DNA of 64,000 bases, taken from Balanoglossus misakiensis. Lineage: Eukaryota; Animalia; Hemichordata. The DNA lies in the NCBI GenBank assembly GCA_040954595.2, contig JBECUI020000031.1, positions 124,001 through 188,000 on the forward strand, in the 5' to 3' direction. The position numbers and the translations under genes are program-made. Below are positions 9,901 through 18,751 of this stretch, piece after piece; position 1 is the first letter of the stretch, and each line of letters starts with the position of its first letter. The notes under the pieces are model-generated. The model did no database searches, had not been told where the DNA came from, and was given only the letters and a program-made list of their open reading frames with translations.

Positions 9901-11526
9901 TTGAGGATTAGTTCCTTTAGCTCGGAGGTAATAAGGAGTACCACTGCTCAGACCGCTTAGGGTGAGGGTCTCCGAAACTCCTGTAGCCTCAAAGTTCTGA
10001 GTAATGGGCTGCTGGTCTGAATAGTCCGCTGTGGTATGAGCTTCGACGGTAATCGTAATGTCGGCCTCGACCTTGACTGCGATGATGATGGCATCCACAG
10101 CTGTCTGTATGTTCTCAATGGTGACTGTGGGGTCTGGGTTGGGGGTGTGGGGATTGTTCTCGCTCTCCACCCAGGCACTCTCTTCATTTTGAGGATTAGT
10201 TCCTTTAGCTCGGAGGTAATAAGGAATATTGCCAGTCAGGCCGCTAAGGCTAAGAATCTCCGAAGCTCCTGTGGCCCTAAGATTCCCGGAAATGGGCATC
10301 TGGTCTGAATAGTCCGCTGCGGTATGGGCTTCGACGGTAATCGTAATGCCGGCCAAGGCCTTGACCCCAACGGTGAGGGTCCCCCCTCCAATCTGAACGT
10401 TCTCGATGGTGACTGCGGGATCGGGGTTGAGTCGGTAAGGATTGGCCGCAGCTTCCACCCAAGCGCTCTTTATGCCTTGGGGATTGGTCCCCCGAGCCCG
10501 GATATAATAAGAAGTGTCGGGCAATAGACCGTCAAAGCTTACGGTATCCGTTTCTTCTGTAACAGTAATATCCTTTCTGGTTCCCGCACCGGAGAAATCA
10601 GGACTGTTATAGAGCCATATTTCAACGTCAATGCCGGCAGAGGCCCCGACCGTGACGGTGAGGCCCTCCAAACTGACCTGAACTTTATCGATAGTAACAG
10701 CAGGACTCAGGTTGGGGGTGTAGGGATTGCCCTCCACCGCCAACCAGCCACTTGAGACATCTTGGTCGTTGGTGCCCATGACCTGAAGGTAATAGGGAAT
10801 GTTCTCCAGCTCTGTGAAAACCAGCCTCAAAGTAGCATCTATGACTCGGACATTCGTGGGGGCAAGGGCTCCTCCCTCGGGGAAGCTTGGGTCGGTATGG
10901 GCTTCGGCATCGTAGGTAATGGCGGGGAAGGTATTGAGTACCAGAGTGATGCTCTGAGCTCCTACCATCACCTCTTTAATGGGATCAGCATTCATGGAAG
11001 CAGTTTTTTTGCCAAAGGAGACCCATGGGACAACATCGTAGCCCCCTGCCTGAAGAGGATATATCAAAGCAGCTTCGTTCAGAGAATCGGGAAAGACCTC
11101 AGCGGCGTTGCCCTGAAGCCTTGGGGCCGTGGTAGCCATGATGTTCAGCCTTTTCAAAGCCGTACCGGCAAAGGCCTGGCTTCCTATGAAAGTTATACCC
11201 GTTCCAATACGTACTTCTTCCAGCGATTGGGCCTGGCTGAAAGCCTCCTCACCTATGGTAGTGATGCTGTCGGGAATGATGGCGCTGGTGATGGCCGTTC
11301 CCTTAAAGGCTGCCGCTTGAATTCTTGTTACCCGTATATTGTCAATTTGGGAAGGGATACTTAGATCGGTTTCCCCATTGACTACAAGGCCGGTTATAGT
11401 GATTTCTGAACCTTCTGTCATATACTGGAAGTTATCTGATTCATGTACTCCTGTTGTAGCTGGATTCTGACATCCGCTGAAAACGAGCACAAGGGATACA
11501 AAGAAGGATCTAAGGATATTTCTCAA
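6952..11526 (-). CDS. Large (1524 aa) LRR/multi-Fn3-like/GLUG-repeat surface lipoprotein, paralog 4 (in frame)
   Basis: AGGAG SD then TTG. Lipobox LVFSGC, BspA-type LRR, about 8 Fn3-like modules (W.EA.NNPY), about 14 GGLVG/SYATG repeats, tail PSQPDTPLPTP. Confidence 0.9.
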   Translation of the reverse strand: MRNILRSFFVSLVLVFSGCQNPATTGVHESDNFQYMTEGSEITITGLVVNGETDLSIPSQIDNIRVTRIQAAAFKGTAITSAIIPDSITTIGEEAFSQAQSLEEVRIGTGITFIGSQAFAGTALKRLNIMATTAPRLQGNAAEVFPDSLNEAALIYPLQAGGYDVVPWVSFGKKTASMNADPIKEVMVGAQSITLVLNTFPAITYDAEAHTDPSFPEGGALAPTNVRVIDATLRLVFTELENIPYYLQVMGTNDQDVSSGWLAVEGNPYTPNLSPAVTIDKVQVSLEGLTVTVGASAGIDVEIWLYNSPDFSGAGTRKDITVTEETDTVSFDGLLPDTSYYIRARGTNPQGIKSAWVEAAANPYRLNPDPAVTIENVQIGGGTLTVGVKALAGITITVEAHTAADYSDQMPISGNLRATGASEILSLSGLTGNIPYYLRAKGTNPQNEESAWVESENNPHTPNPDPTVTIENIQTAVDAIIIAVKVEADITITVEAHTTADYSDQQPITQNFEATGVSETLTLSGLSSGTPYYLRAKGTNPQNEESAWVEAGNNPYAPNPDPTVTIESVQIQGAALTLRVNALAGITMTAEAHITADYSDQTPFSGNLMATGVSEPLTLSGLTGGTPYYLRVKGTNPQNEESAWVEAGNNPYTPNPDPTVTIESIQTSVDALTVTVRALAGISISIQVNKLGFPSDSVVELKEFTATGGLDTRTFTNLSGKDSYSILVKGVNAHNDSTGWVEAVGNPYTPHMNPAITTLRVETAIETFTVKVATLENIDVSDGMKIEVEFSNDAAFDAASLVASKTIAATGNIDEVSFSSSDEILSATSYYIRARGINAQRDISPWVVADNPPHRLSSLNILDAIPRSGQIMAIIEASNGSDGRVQVSTEAGFASITKELTFTGTGNPETLVLDGLGNDNSYYLRALLDGNTVQGDYSTPLIPTADGKQHIHRLSELAKIGVDSDNYPDNWAYELKTNLNFADANNDGFRDDPYDSDDDGRNGNWAPLTPGIYDENEIYVSGGYNGIFDGQSYSIDGMTIQAPGADEVGLFGVMNFGGEIKDLGLLGVAVLGKAYVGGLVGESKGIITGSYASGEVSGQDSHVGGLVGYSEGSIRNSYAIGSVLGKAYVGGLVGDSKGLISDSHATGSVTGYNYVGGLVGVGYRGSGVTITDSYATGDVTGYFYVGGLVGESGGDSIMDSYATGSVTGQHNTIGGLAGLNYSTITGSSATGSVMGEGDSVGGLVGVNFGTITDSYATGDVSGKGNDVGGLAGSNDRNLTGSYATGSVTGEKESVGGLVGSNNGDITSSYALGSVTGQGNQVGGLVGYSHSGTSITSSYALGSVTGQADYVGGLVGRSFDTSRSSYATGEVVGRNYVGGLIGYSSVTIAGNYATGNVSGNTHVGGLVGYLYRRRVDNSYATGNVSGTGVNIGRVAGSSRYTIIQSGYYYDQQSISTPEGVVPNIKGSAVTLDQLKTLAWYTSTDSGNLGWSVDDWIIDGRVNGTTPYHPHIKDVPSQPDTPLPTP
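9541..10430 (-). repeat. Intragenic 288-bp (96-aa) tandem repeats encoding Fn3-like modules
   Basis: The motif atggtgactg(t/c)ggg recurs at about 9542, 9830, 10118 and 10406. Confidence 0.9.
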
Positions 11527-11739
11527 GGACTATGTCTCCTACTGTTTTTGTGTGATTTACTACTCATTATATCTCATTGTTTCCAATACTCTTTCCAAGT
11601 TTCCATTTTACAGAAAAAATTTATGATTTCAAAACTAATCCGACATCTCCCCCGAAAACTCATCCAAATTCATCTTCAGTCTTACCTATCTGCCCATCAA
11701 TCAGGGACAAGGTCATGTTGGAGGCCCTGTCCTCCTATG

Positions 11740-11901
11740 GTAATGCCCCTACCCTACTCTCGGTAGATGAACACCTTGAAGGAAAAAGGGGGGGGGGAGA
11801 ATGAGTCAAAAGATAAAAGGCGAAGGGGGAAGCAGGGGTTTTAGTTTTAGCTAGGGTTAACCTATGCTATCCTAACGCAGGTAAATGAGCTTATACGCCA
11901 T
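11740..11901 (-). pseudogene. Decayed 5' fragment of a further lipoprotein paralog
   Basis: AAGGAG then ATG at 11901. Segments catagg.taaccctagct, ttcgccttttatcttttgact and tctaccgagagtagggtaggggcattaccata align by eye with the signal and TYQDEGREITI coding sequence of paralogs 1-3. Multiple stops. An upstream caag...aagactttttgatt block is conserved at 11933-11966. Confidence 0.6.
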
Positions 11902-12309
11902 ATCTCCTTTTGTACGCTGTGGTCCTTTTTTTCAAGTCCTTTTCATGGTTCAAGACTTTTTGATTAGGCAGCTACAGTACTTTTTTGACAGATGACATGT
12001 TGGGGAAGAAAATGAAAAAAATTGTAACAATATTTTCTCAGGTGTAGAGCTTAATGCTTTTGGGGAAAGCTTAGGTCTGAGATGGAGCCTATCGGTCTAG
12101 GAGCTAAACTTCCTGGTTTGCCCAGGAGATTGAGAGATTCTATGTTCGGAAGAGGAATTCTCCTGATTTTAGTGAACAATGTCATTTCCCAGCAGAAAGA
12201 AACTGTGAGCCTAGGGGAAGATTGTGGAAAGGCATGGTGACTGAAATCACTTTCTAACAGGCATTTTTCTTGCAAGCAGAGCACATAACTTCAGCGGAAT
12301 TCCTTCTTG

Positions 12310-12370
12310 TGTGTTATTTTGACACGCACCATGTTCCCATTTCTACACTTGTGTCAAAATGGCACAAGTG
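12310..12370. promoter_or_regulatory. Pair of enhancer-like palindromic sites (putative sigma54 activator UAS)
   Basis: CACTTGTG-TCAAAATGG-CACAAGTG at 12346-12370 and an inverted related copy TGTGTTATTTTGACAC at 12310-12325. Confidence 0.55.
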
Positions 12371-12462
12371 GGGATATTGTGTGAACTTCGAGATTTTCCA
12401 TGGAGGATTTTAATTTATTTAATTCTTTTCCATACAATACATTACTTAAAATAATAAAAACC

Positions 12463-12477
12463 TGGCACGGTTTATGC
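12463..12477 (+). promoter_or_regulatory. sigma54 (-24/-12) promoter
   Basis: TGGCAC-GGTTT-ATGC matches TGGCAC-N5-TTGC, about 40 nt upstream of the hsp20 start, preceded by an AT-rich tract. Confidence 0.7.
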
Positions 12478-12514
12478 TTATTAGAAAGTAGAGACATTCT
12501 AGGAGGTAAAAAAG

Positions 12515-12940
12515 ATGTACTTAATTAAGAATTCTTGGCCTAGAGCAGGCCTTAGTTATGCCGAGAGCATGCTTGACAGTTTTTTCGAAAACGGAATTTC
12601 TGGGACTCGCTCTTTCCCGGTAAACGTTGCTGAGACCCCAGATACCTATATTATTCAGGCAGAACTTCCCGGTTATAGTGCCGAAAATCTCAATATTAAG
12701 GTAGAGAACAACCTGTTGGTCATAGAAGGCCAGATAGCCGACAAGGAGTCAGAGGGGTCTTCAAAAAATTTCAAGTGGCTGTTCCGGGAATACCGCAGAA
12801 ATGAGGTGATGCGAAGTTTTGTTATTCCTCAGAATGTGGACCAGGATTCCTTGGTAGCAGAAATGGAGAATGGCTGCTTGAAGCTTACTCTGAAAAAATA
12901 TGACAAGGCCAAAACACGCTCCATACCCATTAGGTCCTGA
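12515..12940 (+). CDS. Hsp20/alpha-crystallin family small heat-shock protein
   Basis: AGGAGG SD; FPVNVAET...AELPG, RSFVIP...A.MENGCLKLTL.K and C-terminal IPI motif. Confidence 0.92.
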   Translation: MYLIKNSWPRAGLSYAESMLDSFFENGISGTRSFPVNVAETPDTYIIQAELPGYSAENLNIKVENNLLVIEGQIADKESEGSSKNFKWLFREYRRNEVMRSFVIPQNVDQDSLVAEMENGCLKLTLKKYDKAKTRSIPIRS

Positions 12941-12945
12941 AGGAG

Positions 12946-12984
12946 AGAAGCCGTCGTGGTCAGTACCGACGGCTTCTTTAGTTT
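12946..12984 (+). terminator. Intrinsic terminator after hsp20
   Basis: agaagccgtcg...cgacggcttct stem followed by ttagttt. Confidence 0.7.
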
Positions 12985-13073
12985 GAGAACATATTGAGGT
13001 GCTAAAGCTTTGCTAAGCATGGGAACTCATCTTTCTCCAGGGTTTGGGGAAGGATGAGTTTCGGTGAGACAGC

Positions 13074-14000
13074 TCAGGGATAATGGCGTTCCACAGGATA
13101 GACCTCGTTGTTTCCCCATTCAGCCCATCCTCCATTGTACAGTGCCACATTATCATACCCTGCTAAGGTTAGGGCAAGCCAATTATGAGCAGCCCGAATT
13201 CCAGTGTGGCTAAAAGTTACCACTTTTTTGTCAGGAGAAAGACCTTTGGAGGCATAAAAGCTTGCCAGTTCTTCGGAAACTCGAAAGTTCACAGGAAGAT
13301 CTTGGGTGTTATTGTGGATCCATTCTACCCAAATGGCCCCCGGAATATGACCGCCCCTGGCGGCCCGCACATCGGTACCAACATACTCCCCGAGGCCCCT
13401 GGCATCAACAATGACAAAATCGGGATTATCAAGATTCTTCAGGATATCTCTTCCCGTCAGTAAGAGTTGCTCTTGTATTTCCGGAACTAGAGAGCCCCGC
13501 AGAACCTGGGTAAATTCCAGGCTAAGGTCACGGCCCTCGGATTCCCAGAGGTCATAACCTCCGTTCAACAGTGACCAATTTTTATGCCCAAGATAGGCAA
13601 GGGTCCAGGCCAACCTGGCGGCCCAAAGTCCATTCCCCCCATCGTAGAGAACGACAACAGAATCGTTAGAGACTCCAGCTTCTTCTAAAAAGTATGTCAC
13701 TTCTTTTATTCTGCTCAGTATGCCCGCTGGGTTTGTTAATACTTTCTGAAAATTTCTGTAGTCCACAAAAACGGCCTGAGGAAGGTGCCCTGTCTGATAA
13801 TCTTCAAGGCTCCGTCCTATGTCTAGGATAACGAGTTCGGGGAATTCCTGGTTTGCAGCAAGCCAATCAGCATTTATTAAAAGCGAAGGGGGTTCTCCAA
13901 CGATGACTTCTTTTTCTTCTGGAAGATTTTTGCTTCCCCCCGCAATCACTACCTGAGCGGCAAGGAAAAGAAAGGTAAATAGGCTAAGTTTTTGTTTCAT
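13074..14000 (-). CDS. Exported tandem-domain rhodanese/sulfurtransferase homolog (catalytic Cys replaced by Ser)
   Basis: Signal peptide; GHLPQA, AARLAW, LNGG, DARG..EY.G, GHIPGA and LYNGGWAEW motifs; active-site loop reads FSHTGIRA. Confidence 0.88.
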   Translation of the reverse strand: MKQKLSLFTFLFLAAQVVIAGGSKNLPEEKEVIVGEPPSLLINADWLAANQEFPELVILDIGRSLEDYQTGHLPQAVFVDYRNFQKVLTNPAGILSRIKEVTYFLEEAGVSNDSVVVLYDGGNGLWAARLAWTLAYLGHKNWSLLNGGYDLWESEGRDLSLEFTQVLRGSLVPEIQEQLLLTGRDILKNLDNPDFVIVDARGLGEYVGTDVRAARGGHIPGAIWVEWIHNNTQDLPVNFRVSEELASFYASKGLSPDKKVVTFSHTGIRAAHNWLALTLAGYDNVALYNGGWAEWGNNEVYPVERHYP

Positions 14001-14235
14001 TCGTTACTTTCCTAATTAAAACAGAGAGGAGAACTTTCTCCGTAATTGAGTCGCTTTTGGGAACAGTAAGGGGTTACTTCAATTGAAGTTATTTTTTATT
14101 TTCATAGTATACAGCATGTTTTCCTTGATTTCATTAAAATCTTGAATATTTAAATTTTTGCGGCGGCCAGCAGAAATGCTGTCTACTGAAAACTGTTTCA
14201 TTAGCCAATTGATCCTATCCGTTTCCTTAAGTCCA

Positions 14236-15183
14236 TTAATTCCGTAACACAGTCGAGCGCAGGGCTAAGTTGTGGGACCGCCTGAACATTTCCGCCCGGA
14301 TTAGCATAGAAGAAATAATGAGGGAGCCTCCGAGAACAAGACGCCAAGTCACCGGCTCGTGAAAAAGAGCCACAGCCCACATAAGGGCAAAAATTACTTC
14401 CAAGTAAGATAAGTGACTTACTGCCGCAACGGAAAGACGGCTGAAAGCCGAGAAAAGAAAAACAAAGGCCAAAATTCCCACAATAAAGCCGTTTGCCACT
14501 GACCAAGCCAATGCAATCCAGGAAGTCTCGGGCAACACACCCAGAAAGGCGGGAAGAAAAACGAAGCCTCCCAGAAGGTTCTGCCAGAAGGTTGCCCTCA
14601 GACGGTCAATCCCTTCCTTGCGGATAAGAACAAGAACCAGTGCATAAATTGCGGCACTGCCTAGCATCAAAGTCATTCCCAGGAAGTCCTGATCATAAAA
14701 ACTGAATTTGCTTCCTGAATACAGTACCATGACTCCACTGAGAGCCAGGAGTGTAAAAAAAACATCACGTATTTCTAATTTTTCACCAAGGACAAGATAG
14801 GCAAAAAACAAGGAAAAGGCAGGCCAGGTGTAGAGGATTATAATAGCCTTTCCTATGGAAATCAGACGGAAAGACTCGAAATAGAGAAGGAGCCGTAGAG
14901 CATTGAGTGCCGAGGCAACAAGAAGCCGGATTGGTCTACCAAGACCTTGGCGGGGTGTTCTTGCTTTGGACAGATTCTCCCGAGAATAACTACGGGTTGC
15001 CGCTCGGTCCTTGAAAAAAAGCCAAAAACCCAAAAAAACTGCTGGGATAGCACAGCGAACAAAGGTCATTGCCCCAGAGGGAAGATTTGCCATACGGATA
15101 AAAGGTCCACTAAAGCCCATCAGAGCAGAAGATAGAACAACTTCTGTAACTCCAACCATCATGAGCCGACGATTTTGGTTCAT
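14236..15183 (-). CDS. EamA/DMT family transporter
   Basis: About 10 hydrophobic helices in two repeats; YTWP, LGEK, YLEV, FHEP motifs. Confidence 0.85.
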   Translation of the reverse strand: MNQNRRLMMVGVTEVVLSSALMGFSGPFIRMANLPSGAMTFVRCAIPAVFLGFWLFFKDRAATRSYSRENLSKARTPRQGLGRPIRLLVASALNALRLLLYFESFRLISIGKAIIILYTWPAFSLFFAYLVLGEKLEIRDVFFTLLALSGVMVLYSGSKFSFYDQDFLGMTLMLGSAAIYALVLVLIRKEGIDRLRATFWQNLLGGFVFLPAFLGVLPETSWIALAWSVANGFIVGILAFVFLFSAFSRLSVAAVSHLSYLEVIFALMWAVALFHEPVTWRLVLGGSLIISSMLIRAEMFRRSHNLALRSTVLRN

Positions 15184-15297
15184 AGGTACAAATATGAACT
15201 AATTAAGTAAGCTCTACCAGTAGCATTTTAAGAAAGCCTTTAAATATTTGCTTCTTCTCAGGGGGATTAAGCCATCATTCGTTATGCTGGAATGGTA

Positions 15298-15326
15298 TTG
15301 ACCATTTCTCTAGTTTTCTTTATAAT
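15298..15326 (+). promoter_or_regulatory. sigma70 promoter of tRNA-Leu
   Basis: TTGACC-17-TATAAT. Confidence 0.75.
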
Positions 15327-15339
15327 ACTTCCCTAGTAC

Positions 15340-15423
15340 GCTGGCGTGGTGAAATTGGTATACACGATAGACTCAAAATCTGTTGGAGGCGACTCCGTGT
15401 GGGTTCGAGTCCCACCGCCAGTA
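15340..15423 (+). tRNA. tRNA-Leu(CAA)
   Basis: Acceptor stem gctggcg/cgccagt, D-loop TGGTA, anticodon loop CTCAAAA, long variable arm, GGTTCGAGTCC; CCA not encoded. Confidence 0.95.
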
Positions 15424-15626
15424 ATTGTGTATTGGATGCCTGTTTTAAAAAACGGGCCTCTGAAAATTTCGCAATAATCAAATCTTCCTGCCATCATAAC
15501 CCACCACCTATCCGCCTCCAAAGCTTCCCTATCCAGCTAGAATTTCAGGCAGATATCTGGCAAGGTTGGATGCCTTATACAAAAATCCGCTACATCTTCC
15601 AGAAAAACAGCGCTGCCATTCCTGTG

Positions 15627-15664
15627 TATAATTTGTCCCCTGAATCTTGCAAGGGACAAATTAT
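15627..15664. terminator. Hairpin immediately after the stop of paralog 5
   Basis: ataatttgtccc-N13-gggacaaattat. Confidence 0.6.
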
Positions 15665-15666
15665 CG

Positions 15667-18308
15667 CTAAGGGATGGGAGTTTGGGGTTGATCAGGAACT
15701 TGTTCTGTAGTGTCACTGAGAAATATGTGGGGGTGATAGGCGGGGGTAGCATTCACAAAACCATCGAATTGCCAGTTGTTGTCGGACCAGTTTAGTTTGC
15801 TTGGATCGGTGTACCAATCTAGGGTTTTTAGTTCGGCTAGGGACACAATGAGGCCATCGGTGTTGGGGGTGCTGTAGGCATTGCCGTCAGGTCTAGTAAT
15901 GTTTTGGTTTCCATAGCGATAGGATTGGGTTGGGGTAAAAGTATTTTCATTTAACCCAAACAAACCGCCGAGGGAGCTCTGCCCCTGGACATCTCCGGTA
16001 GCGTAGCAGAAGTTTACGGTGGCAGAAGCTCCGAGTGATCCTACCAAAGCACCCACGCGACTGTTCCCGACCACATTCCCGGTAGCATAGCTGCCCATTA
16101 CTGCATACTCATTGTATCCAGCCAGTCCACCAGTATTGCTGTTTCCTGTTATCTTCCCGGTGGCATAGTTATCGGCTACGGTACCAACATTGTATCCGAC
16201 AAGTCCACCGATACTATCATTGCCTGAAACCTCTACAGAGGCATGGCTGCGGCTTAAATGAGAATTATTGTCATTGTGTCCAACGAGTCCACCGACATTG
16301 TCGTTGCCTGAAACCTTCCCAGAAGCATAGCTATTCCAAAGAATATTCTTATTGTATCCGGCAAGTCCACCGATATTATCATTGCCTGAAACCTCTACAG
16401 AGGCATGGCTGTGGTCTATTGTATTGCTATTGTAACCGACCAGTCCGCCGGTATTATCGCCTCCGATAACCTCCCCGACGGCATAGCTGTAGCTTACAAG
16501 ACCAGAGTTGTATCCAAGCAGAGCACCTACATAGTTTCCTTCTGAAACGTTCACCTCCAAGTCAAGAAGCCCAAGATTTTTAATTTCTCCATCGATATGA
16601 AGAGTGCCAAACAAACCGACGTCTGATCCTTCGCTGCTCAGTATACTCATATTACTAATCGTATGATTCCCGCCATCAAAGACGCCGGCATAACCTCCGT
16701 CTTCGAGGCTTCCATCTACCCCCAAAATCCCGGAGGTGAGAGGTGACCAGTTTCCGTTACCAACAACGTCGTCGCTATCGTAGAGGTCTCCCATAATCTC
16801 GTCGTTGTTGGCGTCGGCGAAGTTGAGGTCCATTTTCAACTCGTAGCTCCAGTCAAGGGGATAGTTTTCCTTATCCACTCCGATTTTGGCTAGTTCGCTC
16901 AGACGGTGGATGTACTGCTTGCCGTCGGCGACGGGGATGATGGGGGTAGAATAGTGGTACACATTGTCGTCGGCCTGGAGGACGACACGCAGGTAGTAGG
17001 TGCTATCATCACTGAGTCCGTTTAGTTCCAGTGTTTTCACGTTGCCCGGGCCCTCGCCTGTAAAGGTGAGTTCCTTGGAGATCGTCGTGAAATCTTCATT
17101 CATGGAGACCTGGATTTTTGCCTGGGTTCCTGTGATAGCCTCAACCATGGCGGTTATCTTTCCTGAACGAGGAACGACGTCAAGAATATGGAGACTGTGA
17201 AGAGTATAGGGATTGTTAGCGGCCTCTACCCAATTACCGGTTAACCCGGATGGAGTACTCCCCTGAATCCGAAGGTAGTAAGGGGTATCTAAGTTTAAGC
17301 CAGAAAGTGATAATATCAGTTGTTCACCTTCGGCCAAAACAGGTTCTGTTGCTATGCCCTGATCAGAATAATCCGCTGCGGTATGAGCCCAGGCAGTAAC
17401 GATAACACCTGGCAAGGTATCAACCTCCAGGATGAAGTTATCCCAATCACTTCGAATATTTCTTATGCTGGCTACGGCCCCAGGACTGGGGGAGATGGGG
17501 TTGCCCGGGAGTTCCATCCATTCAGAAACGTTTTCCAGGGGATCTTGTACCTTGACTTGCAGATAGTAAGGAGTTTCGTTGATCAAGCCGGCTAAGATTA
17601 CTTCCTGAGAAGTTGCTATGGTCGGATCGGAACTTGCGCTTGCTGCGGGAACGTCGCCAAAGGGAGCTTCTGTGTGAGCCTCTACGGTCAGGATGAAGCC
17701 AAGAGGGATAGTGATGGTAAGAGCAATACTTTGATCCTTCGGTTCTACATTTTCAACAACATTGGTATCGAGAAGGAAAATTTTTGTACCAAAATCGCTC
17801 CAGGGGGCAACATCATAACCTGTGCTTACAATGGGGCGACGAAGAATAACTTCTTCCAAAGAGGCGGAGAAGGTATTGGGGGGTCCGGACAAAGTTGGTG
17901 CCGTAGGGGCCAGAATGGTCAGATTTTGCAGGGAAGCCGTCCCCGAAAAAGCCAGACTGCCTATAAAGCTAAGGCCCCCTCCTATATGCACTTCCTCTAG
18001 TAAGGCGGCAAGATAAAAAGCCTTGTCTTCTATGGTTGTTACACTGTCTGGAATACTCACGCTGGTAATGGCCGACTGTTCAAAGGCTGACTTGGCTATC
18101 TTTGTCACCGATTTACTAAGAATACTGGAAGGAATTACGATAGGACCATTCTTCTCGGCCGCCAAGCCAGTTATGGTTACTCCCAAGCCTTCAACTTGGT
18201 AGGTAACCCCTGACTCATCGATATGAGAAGAAACAAGAGAATTATTGCAGGCAACAAGCAGGAAAACGAAGAAAAAAAGGAGCCCAACGTTTTATTAAAT
18301 ATTTTCAT
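15667..18308 (-). CDS. LRR/Fn3-like/GLUG-repeat surface lipoprotein paralog 5; frameshifted in the signal region near a T7 tract
   Basis: GGGAGG SD then ATG at 18308 (MKIFNKTLG...). Adding one base at the T7 tract (a7 at 18272-18278) or the preceding G run gives ...FFVFLLVACNNS... continuous with ORF 15667..18186. Same domains as paralogs 2-4. Confidence 0.88.
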
Positions 18309-18751
18309 CGGTAACGACCCTCCCTTAAACATTCTAGGAATCCTAAAAAGTCTACCACCAATCGAGAAAATAATCAAGTTGTACCATATTCTACCCTCAT
18401 CCCCACATGATTCCTTTTTGAACAGTCGCTCTTTTCCGCATTTGAAGAGAAATCCAGGGTGATGGAACTTCACATCCGTTTACCGCTTAAATTGAAAGAA
18501 CCGGAGAATAAAGAATTGCGAAACTTGGTAGACCACAAGTCTCCATAAAGCCCTAAGGGACAGATTCTTGACAAATGCCCCTTTCAGGGGAAGTACAGCC
18601 AGGACTGTGCCAGGGGAATGTGTCTTGGAAAATTGGATAGCTTCCCAAAGGTAGTCCTTCAGAATGAAAAACCCCTCACAACTGTCTCAGAAAGACATCA
18701 AAGCCAAGTTTGAAGTTCTGTTTCCCCGGTTTCCTGTATGCTGCATAAAGG

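Noticed and set aside
13200-13220. Selenocysteine recoding in the rhodanese
   Set aside because: The codon is AGC (Ser), not TGA.
18177-18473. Separate 98-aa ORF upstream of paralog 5
   Set aside because: It is the out-of-frame read-through of paralog 5's own start region.
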